From NCBI GenBank assembly GCA_001029735.1, contig CP011213.1, forward strand, positions 524,613 through 588,612: a stretch of DNA of 64,000 nucleotides, in the 5' to 3' direction. This stretch comes from Berkelbacteria bacterium GW2011_GWE1_39_12 (lineage in GTDB: Bacteria; Patescibacteriota; UBA1384; UBA12157). Shown piece after piece: positions 48,898-58,459 of this stretch (position 1 is its first letter; each line of letters opens with the position of its first letter). The notes under the pieces are model-generated. The model did no database searches, was not told the origin of the DNA, and was given only the letters and a program-made list of their open reading frames with translations. The position numbers and the translations under genes were made by a program.

Positions 48898-50784
48898 CTA
48901 TTTGTTTTCTTCTTTTGTCTCTTCAGTTTGCTCGGTTTTAGCTTCCTCTTTTGTGTCTTCTGCTTGCGCACTCTCGGCTGGTTTACTGGCTTCATACATG
49001 GCTGCGCCAACTTTTTGAATTTTTTCGCTTAATTCGGCAGTCGCAGTTTTGATTTTTTCTAAATCATCTTTACCCAAAGCTTCTTTCAAAGCGCTGATTT
49101 TTTCTTCAACTTCTTTTTTATCTTCATCTTTTACTTTGTCACCGGCGTCCTTCAAAGTTTTTTCAGAAGTGTAAATCAAATTTTCAGCAATATTATTAAT
49201 CTCGATGCTTTCTTTTCTTTTTTGATCTTCGGCGCTATGTGCTTCGGCTTCAGTTTTCATTTTTTCAATTTCTTCTTTGCTTAGCCCCGAAGAAGCGGTG
49301 ATAGTGATTTTTTGTTCTTTATTTGTGGCTTTATCCACAGCTTTAACATTTAAAATTCCGTTAGCGTCGATGTCAAAACTGACTTCAACCTGAGGAATGC
49401 CGCGTGGCGCTGGTGGGATACCGTCTAACATGAAGGTGCCAAGCGTTCGGTTGTCAGTAGACAGCGGACGTTCTCCTTGTAAAACATGAATTTGAACAGA
49501 AGTTTGATTATCTGCTGCCGTTGAAAAAATCTGGCTTTTTGAAGCGGGGATTGTCGTGTTTCGATCAATCAATGGCGTCATAACACCGCCCAAGGTTTCA
49601 ATACCAAGTGTTAACGGCGTAACGTCCAAAAGTAAAAGATCTTTGACTTCTCCAGTTAAAACGCCACCCTGAATTGCCGCGCCAAGTGCGACGCACTCAT
49701 CTGGGTTAACGCCTTTGGATGGTTCTTTTTCAAAAATCTTTTTGACCGTTTCTTGAATCAAGGGCATTCTGGTCTGACCGCCGACTAAAATGACTTCTAA
49801 AATATCTTTTTTATTTATTTTAGCGTCTGTGATTGCTTTTTCAGAAATGCCGACAGTTTTTTCGATTAGGTCGCCGGTCAGTTGTTCTAGTTTAGCGCGG
49901 TTCATTTTCTTAACCAGATGTTTTGGTCCGGAAGCGTCTGCAGTAATAAATGGCAAGTTAATTTCGGTTTCCATATTGGTGGAAAGTTCGATCTTCGCTT
50001 TTTCAGCCGCTTCTTTGACGCGCTGCAAAGCCATCGGATCTTTTCTTAAATCAACGCCTTCTTCTTTTTCAAAGTCATTCACGATCCAATCCATGACTTT
50101 TTGATCCAAATCGTCGCCGCCCAAATGGGTGTCACCATGAGTACTTAGAACTTCAAAGACACCATCACCGATTTCCAAAATTGTAATGTCGAAAGTTCCG
50201 CCGCCAAAGTCATAAACGGCAATTTTACCTTCTTTTTTCTTGTCTAAGCCATAAGCTAAAGAAGAGGCGGTTGGTTCGTTGATAATTCTTTTGACTTCCA
50301 AGCCCGCAATTTGGCCGGCGTCTTTAGTTGCTTGACGTTGCGAGTCGCTAAAATAAGCCGGAACTGTAATAACAGCTTCGGTGACTTTCTCTCCTAAGTA
50401 GCTTTCAGCGTCTTTTTTTAATTTTTCCAAGATAAAAGCGGAGATTTCTTGAGGCGTGTATTCTTTTTCGCCCATTTTAACTTTAACGCCTTCGCCAGCT
50501 TTAACAATTTTATATGGTAAGAGTTTAAGATCAGTTTGAATTTCTTCGTCGTCCCAATGGCGGCCAATTAAACGTTTGACCGAAAAAATAGTGTTTTCCG
50601 GATTAGTGACGGCTTGTCTTTTGGCCAGTTGTCCAACCAAACGTTCACCAGCTTTGCTTTCGGCGACGATTGACGGACAAAGGTTTGAGCCCTCTGCTGT
50701 TGGGATAACTTTAGCTTTGCCGCCCTCCATAACAGCGACAACGGAGTTAGTGGTACCAAGATCGATTCCAATAATTTTACTCAT
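48898..50784 (-). CDS. dnaK: Molecular chaperone DnaK (Hsp70)
   Basis: '[10 protein letters not shown]', 'DLGGGTFD', '[11 protein letters not shown]' and an EEVD-less acidic C-terminus. Confidence 0.97.
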   Translation of the reverse strand: MSKIIGIDLGTTNSVVAVMEGGKAKVIPTAEGSNLCPSIVAESKAGERLVGQLAKRQAVTNPENTIFSVKRLIGRHWDDEEIQTDLKLLPYKIVKAGEGVKVKMGEKEYTPQEISAFILEKLKKDAESYLGEKVTEAVITVPAYFSDSQRQATKDAGQIAGLEVKRIINEPTASSLAYGLDKKKEGKIAVYDFGGGTFDITILEIGDGVFEVLSTHGDTHLGGDDLDQKVMDWIVNDFEKEEGVDLRKDPMALQRVKEAAEKAKIELSTNMETEINLPFITADASGPKHLVKKMNRAKLEQLTGDLIEKTVGISEKAITDAKINKKDILEVILVGGQTRMPLIQETVKKIFEKEPSKGVNPDECVALGAAIQGGVLTGEVKDLLLLDVTPLTLGIETLGGVMTPLIDRNTTIPASKSQIFSTAADNQTSVQIHVLQGERPLSTDNRTLGTFMLDGIPPAPRGIPQVEVSFDIDANGILNVKAVDKATNKEQKITITASSGLSKEEIEKMKTEAEAHSAEDQKRKESIEINNIAENLIYTSEKTLKDAGDKVKDEDKKEVEEKISALKEALGKDDLEKIKTATAELSEKIQKVGAAMYEASKPAESAQAEDTKEEAKTEQTEETKEENK

Positions 50785-50958
50785 TTAAATCCTTTCCGAT
50801 CCGTGTTTTACGTTCCGAAACAGGAAGTAAAACCGGAAGTCCGCCAAGAGTTAAATCCTATTTACAGATTCACGAATAGGGATACTGTAAGAGATTTAAC
50901 GATGGTGGATATTACTTTAATTTTTCTTCGTATATTAAATGTAAAGTCTCCTTTACAT

Positions 50959-51003
50959 TTTGTCAAGTACTTTCTTGACAAACTTGGAGAATTGAGATAT
51001 ATT
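50959..51003 (+). promoter_or_regulatory. Consensus-like sigma70 promoter (TTGACA-17-TATATT) overlapped by a perfect 9-bp inverted repeat TTTGTCAAG-N6-CTTGACAAA (candidate operator)
   Basis: Inverted-repeat arms at 50959-50967 and 50974-50982. -35 at 50975-50980. -10 at 50998-51003. Confidence 0.55.
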
Positions 51004-51090
51004 TTATTGTTCTATGCAGAATCGGACATAGAACACTTATCGATGGGTCAATTTGCCCAAACCAAATTGATAAGTAAATGGAGGGATCCG

Positions 51091-51786
51091 ATGTTTTCGA
51101 TTTTAGAGGTCATTAGGGTTCTGACAGTGCTCGTCTGTATACTCGTTCTTTATAAGGGCGCAAGCTGTGGTCGCCAAGGTATGGCAGTATTTGGCACCTT
51201 TTCTTCTATGGCTTTTGCTGAGCTTGGTTTCAGGATTGTCATGATAGGTAATGGATTACCTGGTCTTGATGTCCTCGACGGTATGTTTGTTGGAATCGGC
51301 TTTTTCTTGTCAATTGCATTGTGGATATCTTTTGTGCCAGACAAGGCTTCTGACAAGGGAGATGACTGTATAGTAATCGGCTTTGTTCAGCGTTTTGGCC
51401 ATACAGTATTTTACGAAGGCTCGGCTGAGCCGTTTAACAACTGGTGGAACCGTACCTTTGGATTATCCAACTTTGTCAGCGGATTGGAAATTAAGAACTG
51501 TCGATTCGCCTACGGTAATGGCCCATCCTTTAACGGCCGATACGTTATCAAGGCCCAGAGATCAATCGCCTACAAGGAATTTCTTGAGTTGAAAAGAACC
51601 ATTCCTAGAGACCTTGATAAACTCGTGCAGGAGCTCATTTTCGAAAAAGCACCAGCTGATGTGGTGATTTCCAAGTTGGCCGCCTTTTGGAAGTCTCATA
51701 AGGGTTTTGAATTGCAAAAATTCGATCTATTTCCACATCAGCCCCAGAATCTGATGGCACCGATTAGGAAGAAAGCTGAGGTGTAG
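51091..51786 (+). CDS. Hypothetical membrane protein in a higher-GC segment
   Basis: GGAGGG SD 5 nt before the ATG at 51091. N-terminal TM helices 'VIRVLTVLVCILVLY' and 'FVGIGFFLSIALWISFV'. The upstream ORF-track extension (50803-51090) has no RBS and covers the promoter. Confidence 0.55.
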   Translation: MFSILEVIRVLTVLVCILVLYKGASCGRQGMAVFGTFSSMAFAELGFRIVMIGNGLPGLDVLDGMFVGIGFFLSIALWISFVPDKASDKGDDCIVIGFVQRFGHTVFYEGSAEPFNNWWNRTFGLSNFVSGLEIKNCRFAYGNGPSFNGRYVIKAQRSIAYKEFLELKRTIPRDLDKLVQELIFEKAPADVVISKLAAFWKSHKGFELQKFDLFPHQPQNLMAPIRKKAEV

Positions 51787-51843
51787 CTCATCACCAAAAC
51801 AGGAGATCTGGCACTAGCTTTAGTAGTAAACAAGTTCAAAATC

Positions 51844-51873
51844 ACCGCCTAGAGAAATCAAGGCGGTTTTTTA
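51844..51873 (+). terminator. Intrinsic terminator
   Basis: ACCGCCT-agagaaatca-AGGCGGT followed by TTTTTT. Confidence 0.8.
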
Positions 51874-51986
51874 GTACTTTATTTCTAAACCTCCTTTAAG
51901 ATCAGTTGTAAATATACTTGACGTGTCTGCATATAGATTGTTAAATAAAAGGGTAACAGCTTAGTCTTTTAAATTAGGAGGATCGC

Positions 51987-52412
51987 ATGTCTAATGAAGA
52001 ACTCGAAAAGACGAACCCTGAAGATGAGCAAAAGCCTGAGGAATTTACTGCACCAGAAACTGGAAATCTGAAAGAAGCGGTAGGAGAGAATGATGGTATA
52101 AGCGGAGTATACGAGGCCTATGAAAGAATGGGCGAAATTGATGCAATGGATTCGGCGGAATTTAAAAAGGAAGTTTTAGATGATTTGATGAGAATCAAAA
52201 CAGAATTATTAGAGGAAGACGATGTGGAAAAGGCAATAATGTCTTTTTTGTTATCTGTTGAAGTTTATGGTAGTTACGAGAAGGGATTAAAGTTAAATAA
52301 TTTTAAGGAAATTGTGTATAAGGCCGTTGAATTAAAGAAAAAATCTTCCAAGGAAGAACTTGCTGATTATTTTGATTATGTAATCAGTCAAATCGAGTTT
52401 GATCAAATTTAG
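51987..52412 (+). CDS. Acidic hypothetical protein (141 aa) carrying an N-terminal 'PE(E/D)FTAPxTG' motif
   Basis: TAGGAGGA SD. 'EDEQKPEEFTAPETGNLKEAV'. Paralogous at the N-terminus to the 55483 gene. Confidence 0.55.
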   Translation: MSNEELEKTNPEDEQKPEEFTAPETGNLKEAVGENDGISGVYEAYERMGEIDAMDSAEFKKEVLDDLMRIKTELLEEDDVEKAIMSFLLSVEVYGSYEKGLKLNNFKEIVYKAVELKKKSSKEELADYFDYVISQIEFDQI

Positions 52413-52466
52413 ACATGAGAACATATTAATCTAAGCAATGCTTTAGAATTGTGTTTATAGTATTTT

Positions 52467-52955
52467 TTATTTTCCTTTGGAAACTCTGACTTTGGCCGGT
52501 TTGAGTACTTTGCCGTTGAATTCCCAGCCGCTTTCGGCTTCGGCGATAATAGAATCGGCAGGCAATTCATTTTCTTCGTAAGATATTGCTTCGTGTTTTG
52601 CCGGGTTAAAAAGTTCTCCGGTGGTTTCGATTTTTTTGAGTCCTTCGGCGGTTAATATCTCTTCCAGTTGTTTTTCAATTTGTTTAATGCCAAGTGTAAA
52701 ATTATCTTCGCCAGCTGGCGAATTTGGTGCATGCAAAAAAGCTCGGCGAAAATTATCTAAAACCGGTACGATTTCCATCATTAAATCAGTATTGGCAGCC
52801 TTAATAATATTTAATTTCTGATCTTCGCTTCTTTTAACATAGTTATCAAAATCGGCCTGGGTTCTCTTCCAGCCGTTTTCTAATTCAATTATTTTTTCTT
52901 CTAAATTGTTATCTTTTTGATCCTTCGGATCATTTTTTAGATTTTTCTTTGTCAT
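52467..52955 (-). CDS. grpE: Nucleotide exchange factor GrpE
   Basis: 'EKQLEEIL...GLKKIETTGELFNPAKHEAIS' GrpE C-terminal domain, preceded by a coiled coil. Confidence 0.85.
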   Translation of the reverse strand: MTKKNLKNDPKDQKDNNLEEKIIELENGWKRTQADFDNYVKRSEDQKLNIIKAANTDLMMEIVPVLDNFRRAFLHAPNSPAGEDNFTLGIKQIEKQLEEILTAEGLKKIETTGELFNPAKHEAISYEENELPADSIIAEAESGWEFNGKVLKPAKVRVSKGK

Positions 52956-53052
52956 GTTAAAACCAGTATAGTTGAAAAGCCATGGCTTTTCAACGCGGAA
53001 ATTTAATAATTTTGGTTATTAAATTATACTAAAGGGGGAGCGTGATGTAAAG

Positions 53053-54522
53053 ATGAAGTTACAACGAATTGGACTCTCAAGATTTACGTTGAGTTTTTTA
53101 GGGCTTTTCTTAATCGGTATATTTTTGGGCGATTTTACCCAAATCGTTTTTTATTATTTTTTGCTTTTGGTTTTTGTTCTCATTGTTATCGCATTATTTA
53201 TTCGAAAGAAAAATTTAACCGTTCTAATTCTTATAGCGCTTTGTGGCCTAAGTTCTGGTTTGGCCGATTACAGATATTTCGACGCAAAAGAAACCGCAAA
53301 AAAAATTAGCTATGGCAAATCGGAATTTGAGGTCATGGTTGAATCTTCAATCGTAAAAAACAATACTCAGCAAATTATCGCAAAATACAAAAACACAAAA
53401 CTGCAAATCGATGCGCCACTTTATCCGGCATTTAATTATGGCGACAAGCTAAAAGTTAAGGGCGAGATTCAGGATCCGAAAGATTTAAAATTCAACGATT
53501 TCGATTACGGTAATTATTTATTAAAAAAAGGAATAAGGGGTACGGTAAAAAATCCGAAAAAAATCGCAAAGATTGATTGGCAGGGGAATAAGATTATTTC
53601 GCAGATTCTAAAAATCAGCAATACTTTCGCGATTATTATTAATAAAGAACTACCAGAACCAATGTCGACTTTGATGATCGGTTTGATAATGGGTTTAAAA
53701 CAGCAGCTGCCGGATTCCGTTTCGACCGCTTTTCAACGAACCGGACTTTCCCATGTCACCGCCGTCTCTGGCTACAATGTTACAATCATCATTATTTGGC
53801 TTTCCTTTTTGTTAACGTATATTTCTCGACGCGCTTCTTTTTTTGGCACAATTTTAGCGACTATTATGTTTGTGGTTCTAACTGGCGCCGGCGCGTCTGT
53901 CATGCGTGCCGGAATTTTAGCGATATTAATTTTGTTTGGAAAACATATTGGCCGCAAAGCTTACTATCCGATTCTAATTTTACTCGTGGCTGATAGCATG
54001 TTGATAATAAATCCTTATGCGCTAAAAAACGACGCCTCTTTTCAGTTGTCATTTTTAGCTTTTATCGGTTTGATGATCTTATCTTCGCCAATTTCTAAAA
54101 TTAAATATATCCAATTTATTCCAGAAAATCTAAGAACAGTTTTATCCGAAACGCTGGGCGCCCAAATCCTAGTCTTACCGATCTTAATTTATAATTTCGG
54201 TTTGGTTTCGGTTATCGCGCCATTGGCTAATATTTTAGTTTTGCCTTTTATACCTTTGGCGATGCTTCTCGGCTTTATTTCTGGTATAACCGGTTTAATT
54301 TGGTTGAAAGCTGGCATTTTTGTCGCTAATTTTGCTTGGCTTATCTTAAAATATATTTTAGTGGTGGTTGATAATTTTAGTCGTTTTCCATGGGCCGCTT
54401 TCAGTCTAAAAAATAAAGAATGGTGGTGGATCCCGCTTTACTATATTATTATATTTATATTACTCAGACATAAAAACGAGACGTCATCCCGTGACCGGCC
54501 GGTGGCAGGATCCGGGATCTAA
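53053..54522 (+). CDS. comEC: ComEC/Rec2 competence protein, DUF4131 + Competence (channel) domains. The MBL domain is encoded separately.
   Basis: N-terminal TM helices plus an OB-like region, and polytopic Competence-domain helices ('GLSHVTAVSGYNVTII'). Confidence 0.75.
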   Translation: MKLQRIGLSRFTLSFLGLFLIGIFLGDFTQIVFYYFLLLVFVLIVIALFIRKKNLTVLILIALCGLSSGLADYRYFDAKETAKKISYGKSEFEVMVESSIVKNNTQQIIAKYKNTKLQIDAPLYPAFNYGDKLKVKGEIQDPKDLKFNDFDYGNYLLKKGIRGTVKNPKKIAKIDWQGNKIISQILKISNTFAIIINKELPEPMSTLMIGLIMGLKQQLPDSVSTAFQRTGLSHVTAVSGYNVTIIIIWLSFLLTYISRRASFFGTILATIMFVVLTGAGASVMRAGILAILILFGKHIGRKAYYPILILLVADSMLIINPYALKNDASFQLSFLAFIGLMILSSPISKIKYIQFIPENLRTVLSETLGAQILVLPILIYNFGLVSVIAPLANILVLPFIPLAMLLGFISGITGLIWLKAGIFVANFAWLILKYILVVVDNFSRFPWAAFSLKNKEWWWIPLYYIIIFILLRHKNETSSRDRPVAGSGI

Positions 54523-54550
54523 TTTGTGATAGCGCAAGAAGAATTTTAAA

Positions 54551-55420
54551 ATGATTAAAAACCGCTTACAATTTATCTTTGGATTTCTATTAGTTAGCGC
54601 CGTAATTATTTGGGCTGGCTATTTCACTAATTCGAACGCTGATACAAATAACACTGATCACATTTATTTTTTAGATGTCGGTCAGGGTGATAGCGAGTAC
54701 ATTAAACTGCGCGACGGCAGTGACATTCTAATCGACGGCGGCCCAGATCAAAAAGTGCTCACTGAGCTGGGAAGAGTCATGGATTTCGGTGACAGAAAAA
54801 TCGACTTGGTTATTTTAACTCATCCCCATGCCGATCACTTAACAGGTTTAATTTCCGTCATTAACAGGTTCGAAATTGGAGAAGTTTGGGAGTCTGGGGT
54901 AGAGTATCCATCCTCTGTCTATGATCAATGGAAAAACGACATTAAAACAAAGAATATTTCCGATAGCTTTGTAACGGCTGGAAAATCACAATCGTTTAAT
55001 TTTGGCCAAACAAAATTTTCCGTGCTCTATCCCCTTCTTCCGGAAAAAAATTTGAAAATTGATGATCTAAATAATTCATCGGTTATTACACAGCTTAGCG
55101 ATGGTAGAATTTCTTTTCTCTTTTTAGGTGATGCGCAGCTTGAAGCTCAACAAAAAATTTTAAATCAGCTTAACTTAATTACCGTTTTAAAAGTTGGCCA
55201 CCATGGGTCGAGTAATGGGACATTAGATGATTTATTAAAAATCACGCGGCCCGCTGTCGGTGTAATTGAAGTCGGTAAAGATAATACCTATGGTCATCCG
55301 GCGTCATCGGTAATCAATTTATTGAAGTCTTATGCAGTACGGATTTATCGCACTGACCAAAATGGTACGGTAGAAATTAGTACTGATGGGAAAAGCTATA
55401 ACATAAAAACTAATTTTTGA
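54551..55420 (+). CDS. Metallo-beta-lactamase-fold protein corresponding to the ComEC C-terminal nuclease domain
   Basis: 'LTHPHADHLTGL' (HxHxDH), 'KVGHHGS'. N-terminal TM anchor. Confidence 0.8.
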   Translation: MIKNRLQFIFGFLLVSAVIIWAGYFTNSNADTNNTDHIYFLDVGQGDSEYIKLRDGSDILIDGGPDQKVLTELGRVMDFGDRKIDLVILTHPHADHLTGLISVINRFEIGEVWESGVEYPSSVYDQWKNDIKTKNISDSFVTAGKSQSFNFGQTKFSVLYPLLPEKNLKIDDLNNSSVITQLSDGRISFLFLGDAQLEAQQKILNQLNLITVLKVGHHGSSNGTLDDLLKITRPAVGVIEVGKDNTYGHPASSVINLLKSYAVRIYRTDQNGTVEISTDGKSYNIKTNF

Positions 55421-55482
55421 CAATTTCTTCAATAAGTTTAAAATGAAAGAGTAAAGTTATTTAAAATTGTGAGGAGTAAATT

Positions 55483-55950
55483 ATGGCAAGCGAAAATGAT
55501 CCCGACTTCGAAGGTGAAGAGCAAAGACCAGAGGATTTTACAGCGCCTGGAACAGGCAAGCCAAATATGGAAGAGATATACAGAAAAACAGGAGAAGCAA
55601 TGAGAAAAGGAGAAACGATTTTATATGAAAATAGGCAGGAACGTTTAAGTAGATTTAGTTCAGAGCAGCGATCGATGCTTAGATTATTAAGAGATGCGGC
55701 TGAATTTAGACTGACCAGATCCATAGAATTGTATCGAGAAAATCGCAGAAAAGAAGAGGAACAAGGAATCAATACCGTCATTCGCAAAGAAAAAAATCCT
55801 TCACAGTTACTTTTAGTAAGCATTGATGATTTTATCATTGAGGGAGATCCCGAAAATGTTGATGATTTCTTTCATAAAATTATGAAGAGACTTGTAGAAG
55901 AGGGGCAAGAGCAGGATGAAAAATATTTTGCAACAAAACTGGAACTTTAA
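55483..55950 (+). CDS. Acidic hypothetical protein (155 aa); N-terminal paralog of the 51987 gene
   Basis: 'EEQRPEDFTAPGTGKPNMEEI' aligns with 'EDEQKPEEFTAPETGNLKEAV'. The remainder has diverged. Confidence 0.55.
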   Translation: MASENDPDFEGEEQRPEDFTAPGTGKPNMEEIYRKTGEAMRKGETILYENRQERLSRFSSEQRSMLRLLRDAAEFRLTRSIELYRENRRKEEEQGINTVIRKEKNPSQLLLVSIDDFIIEGDPENVDDFFHKIMKRLVEEGQEQDEKYFATKLEL

Positions 55951-55964
55951 GCAGAAATTAAATT

Positions 55965-56702
55965 ATGTCAGGACACAGTAAATGGTCACAAATTAAACGT
56001 CAAAAAGGTGCGGCCGATGTTAAGCGCGGCGCTTCTTTTTCGAAACTATCAAATGCTATTATTGTCGCAGCAAAAAACGGCGGCGGTGATCCTGGAAATA
56101 ATTTTACCTTGAAGATGGCAATTGAAAGAGCTAAAGCAGTCAGTATGCCTAAAGACACAATCGAACGGGCGATTAAACGAGGTACGGGTGAAATCGCTGG
56201 CGCAGCTATCGACGAAGTTTTGTACGAAATTATTGCAACTGACAATGTTGGCATTTTAGTTGAGGCGGCGACTGATAATAGAAATCGCACGACCGCCGAA
56301 TTGAAAAATGTTTTGACTAAATGCGGCGGTAAGCTAGCTAGCTCAGGCGCTGTTTCTTATCAATATAACAAAATGGGCAAGCTCCTAGTGGAAGTCGGCG
56401 AGAATCCGCCAGCTGGCGGAAAAGAAGAATTAGAGCTAGCGTTAATCGATGCCGGCGCGGAAGATTTTACCGAAGAAGATAATGCTATTGCCGTTTACAC
56501 TAAGCCAAACGAATTAGAATTAACTAAAAAAGCACTTGAAGCGCAAGGGTTAAACATATTAGAAGCGGGTCTGACTTACGAGCCGCAAAGTACTATAAAA
56601 CTTGAAGAAAAAGAAAAAGCAGATAAGATGATTAAATTAATGGAATCGTTAGAAGATCTCGAAGATGTGACGGCAGTCTACGCCAATTTTGAACTCGAAT
56701 AG
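55965..56702 (+). CDS. yebC: YebC/PmpR family transcriptional regulator
   Basis: 'MSGHSKWSQIKRQKGAADVKRG...' canonical YebC N-terminus. Confidence 0.9.
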   Translation: MSGHSKWSQIKRQKGAADVKRGASFSKLSNAIIVAAKNGGGDPGNNFTLKMAIERAKAVSMPKDTIERAIKRGTGEIAGAAIDEVLYEIIATDNVGILVEAATDNRNRTTAELKNVLTKCGGKLASSGAVSYQYNKMGKLLVEVGENPPAGGKEELELALIDAGAEDFTEEDNAIAVYTKPNELELTKKALEAQGLNILEAGLTYEPQSTIKLEEKEKADKMIKLMESLEDLEDVTAVYANFELE

Positions 56703-56742
56703 AAATTCATATATGATGGTCTTATAAGTAAGGAGGTTTCTC

Positions 56743-57261
56743 TTGCGTATTTTAGGTATTGATCCTGGTAGTGCTCGTTGCGGTTGGGGAGTTATTGATA
56801 TTACAGAAGAAAAAGGCCAACCGGCTTGGGTGGCACATGGTTGTATTGAAACAGAAAAAACCATGGAAGCATGCGAAAAATTAAATCGAGTTTTTAATGA
56901 TATAATGAGTTTGATAGAACAGTATAAACCAAATATGGTTTCGCTTGAATTGCTCTTTATGTTTAATAATCAAAAAACGGTGATGAAAATTGCCGAGGCG
57001 CGTGGTGTAATATTACTGGCTTGTGCCAAGAAAGGCCTTGCCTTGCAAACTTTTGAATATACACCGATGCAGGTAAAGCTGGCAGTAACTGGTTACGGCC
57101 GAAGTGATAAAAAACAGGTGATGGAAGAAGTAATTAAAGCTCTAAATCCACAGCGAAATATTAGTTCCGGGAAAAAAGATGGTTTTGATGATGCGGCTGA
57201 TGCGTTAGCTGTGGCCATGGCTCATTTTCACAAATATATTGAAGAGGGGATAAAAGAGTAA
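56743..57261 (+). CDS. ruvC: Holliday junction resolvase RuvC
   Basis: 'RILGIDPGSARCGWGVI' catalytic Asp, and 'DAADALAVAMAH'. TTG start with an AAGGAGG SD. Confidence 0.88.
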   Translation: MRILGIDPGSARCGWGVIDITEEKGQPAWVAHGCIETEKTMEACEKLNRVFNDIMSLIEQYKPNMVSLELLFMFNNQKTVMKIAEARGVILLACAKKGLALQTFEYTPMQVKLAVTGYGRSDKKQVMEEVIKALNPQRNISSGKKDGFDDAADALAVAMAHFHKYIEEGIKE

Positions 57262-57298
57262 CGCTTCGGGTTTGTCTCAGCTAAAAAAGGAGAGAGGA

Positions 57299-58270
57299 AT
57301 GTCTAAATTAAGACAGAATATTATAACAGGCGAATGGGTGGTAATTTCGCCGGAGCGGTCTCAAAGGCCGGAAGATTATGTGATGGCGTCTTCCGCCAAG
57401 CGTGGCATCCCATTGGATTGCCCTTTTTGTGTCACCAATAATAATGCTTACCGTTTTTCAATCAAAGAAGCAGAAACTAAAAATGTTTATGTCATCCCAA
57501 ATAAATACCCGGCATTTTCCAAAGCTGACGGTGTGATTGATGAAGGCGACGGTTTCTACCAAAACTCCAAAGCACTCGGAGGACATGAAGTTATTATATT
57601 AAAAGATCATGAACAAGATGTTTATGACGACGGCGTGGAAATTACAGACGAGCTTATTGGCGTCTATCGCGACCGTTATAATTTTTACGATCAGGACCCA
57701 ACGATTGAATATACGATGTTAATTCATAATCACGGTCCGGAAGCGGGTGCTTCCATTGATCACCCTCACTCCCAGCTTTTTGCTTCAGCTATTGTACCAA
57801 GCTATATTCAAAAAGAATTAGAAAACACCAAAGCTTATTTTGAAGCAAATAAAAAATGTGTTTTTTGTGAAATGAATAAAGTTGAGAAAGAAAACAACCA
57901 CCGAGTTGTTTACGAAAATGACGAGTTTATAGTTTTTACTGTTTTTGCCGCGCGTTTTCCTTTTGAGATGTGGGTTGTGCCAAAAAAACATCAACCGCAA
58001 TTTGAAAAAATTTCGGCCGAGACTCAACTACAATTAGCCGATGCGATGAGAAATGTTTTACAAAAATTAAACAAATCTTTAAATTTTCCTCCATTTAATT
58101 ATTGGATCCACACCTTGCCTCATCATGAAGCAGGCGCCAGTGAATACTATCATTGGCATGTGGAAATCGCACCGCGCATTTCCAAATTTGGTGGTTACGA
58201 AATGGGCTCTGGTGTAGTAATAGATGTTGTCTCGCCGGAAGTGGCAGCAGAGTTCCTTAGGAAAGCATAA
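57299..58270 (+). CDS. galT: Galactose-1-phosphate uridylyltransferase-like (GalT, HIT superfamily)
   Basis: 'CPFC' zinc motif and 'DHPHSQLF' HxHxQ active-site motif. AAGGAGAG SD before the ATG at 57299. Confidence 0.8.
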   Translation: MSKLRQNIITGEWVVISPERSQRPEDYVMASSAKRGIPLDCPFCVTNNNAYRFSIKEAETKNVYVIPNKYPAFSKADGVIDEGDGFYQNSKALGGHEVIILKDHEQDVYDDGVEITDELIGVYRDRYNFYDQDPTIEYTMLIHNHGPEAGASIDHPHSQLFASAIVPSYIQKELENTKAYFEANKKCVFCEMNKVEKENNHRVVYENDEFIVFTVFAARFPFEMWVVPKKHQPQFEKISAETQLQLADAMRNVLQKLNKSLNFPPFNYWIHTLPHHEAGASEYYHWHVEIAPRISKFGGYEMGSGVVIDVVSPEVAAEFLRKA

Positions 58271-58376
58271 TCTAAATGAGAGCCGCGGAAATTTTGCCCC
58301 ACAAAATTATGGGCTCTGGTGTAGTAATAGATGTTGTCTCGCCGGAAGTGGCAGCAGAGTTCCTTAGGAAAGCATA
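58202..58376 (+). repeat. Perfect 68-bp tandem duplication (copies at 58202-58269 and 58309-58376) of the last 22 codons of galT
   Basis: Direct reading: atgggctctggtgtagtaatagatgttgtctcgccggaagtggcagcagagttccttaggaaagcata occurs twice, 39 nt apart. Confidence 0.9.
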
Positions 58377-58459
58377 GTGAAAGAGGTTTGAAAGATTGAT
58401 TAAAAGCCCCCTACGTGTTACAATACAGGGCAAAGTAAATACACAAGTAAATTATACAT

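Noticed and set aside
50803-51090. N-terminal 96-codon extension of the 51091 gene in the ORF track
   Set aside because: The extension has no RBS, runs through the predicted promoter/operator of its own gene, and begins 19 nt from the dnaK start codon. An internal ATG with a GGAGGG SD at 51091 is preferred.
48898-53052. Search for CIRCE (HrcA) or HAIR (HspR) elements upstream of dnaK and grpE
   Set aside because: No match to either consensus was found by eye, so no such regulatory feature was called.
55461-55838. 125-aa antisense ORF
   Set aside because: It is fully antisense to the acidic paralog gene (55483-55950), which has a proper start and SD. It has no motif support.
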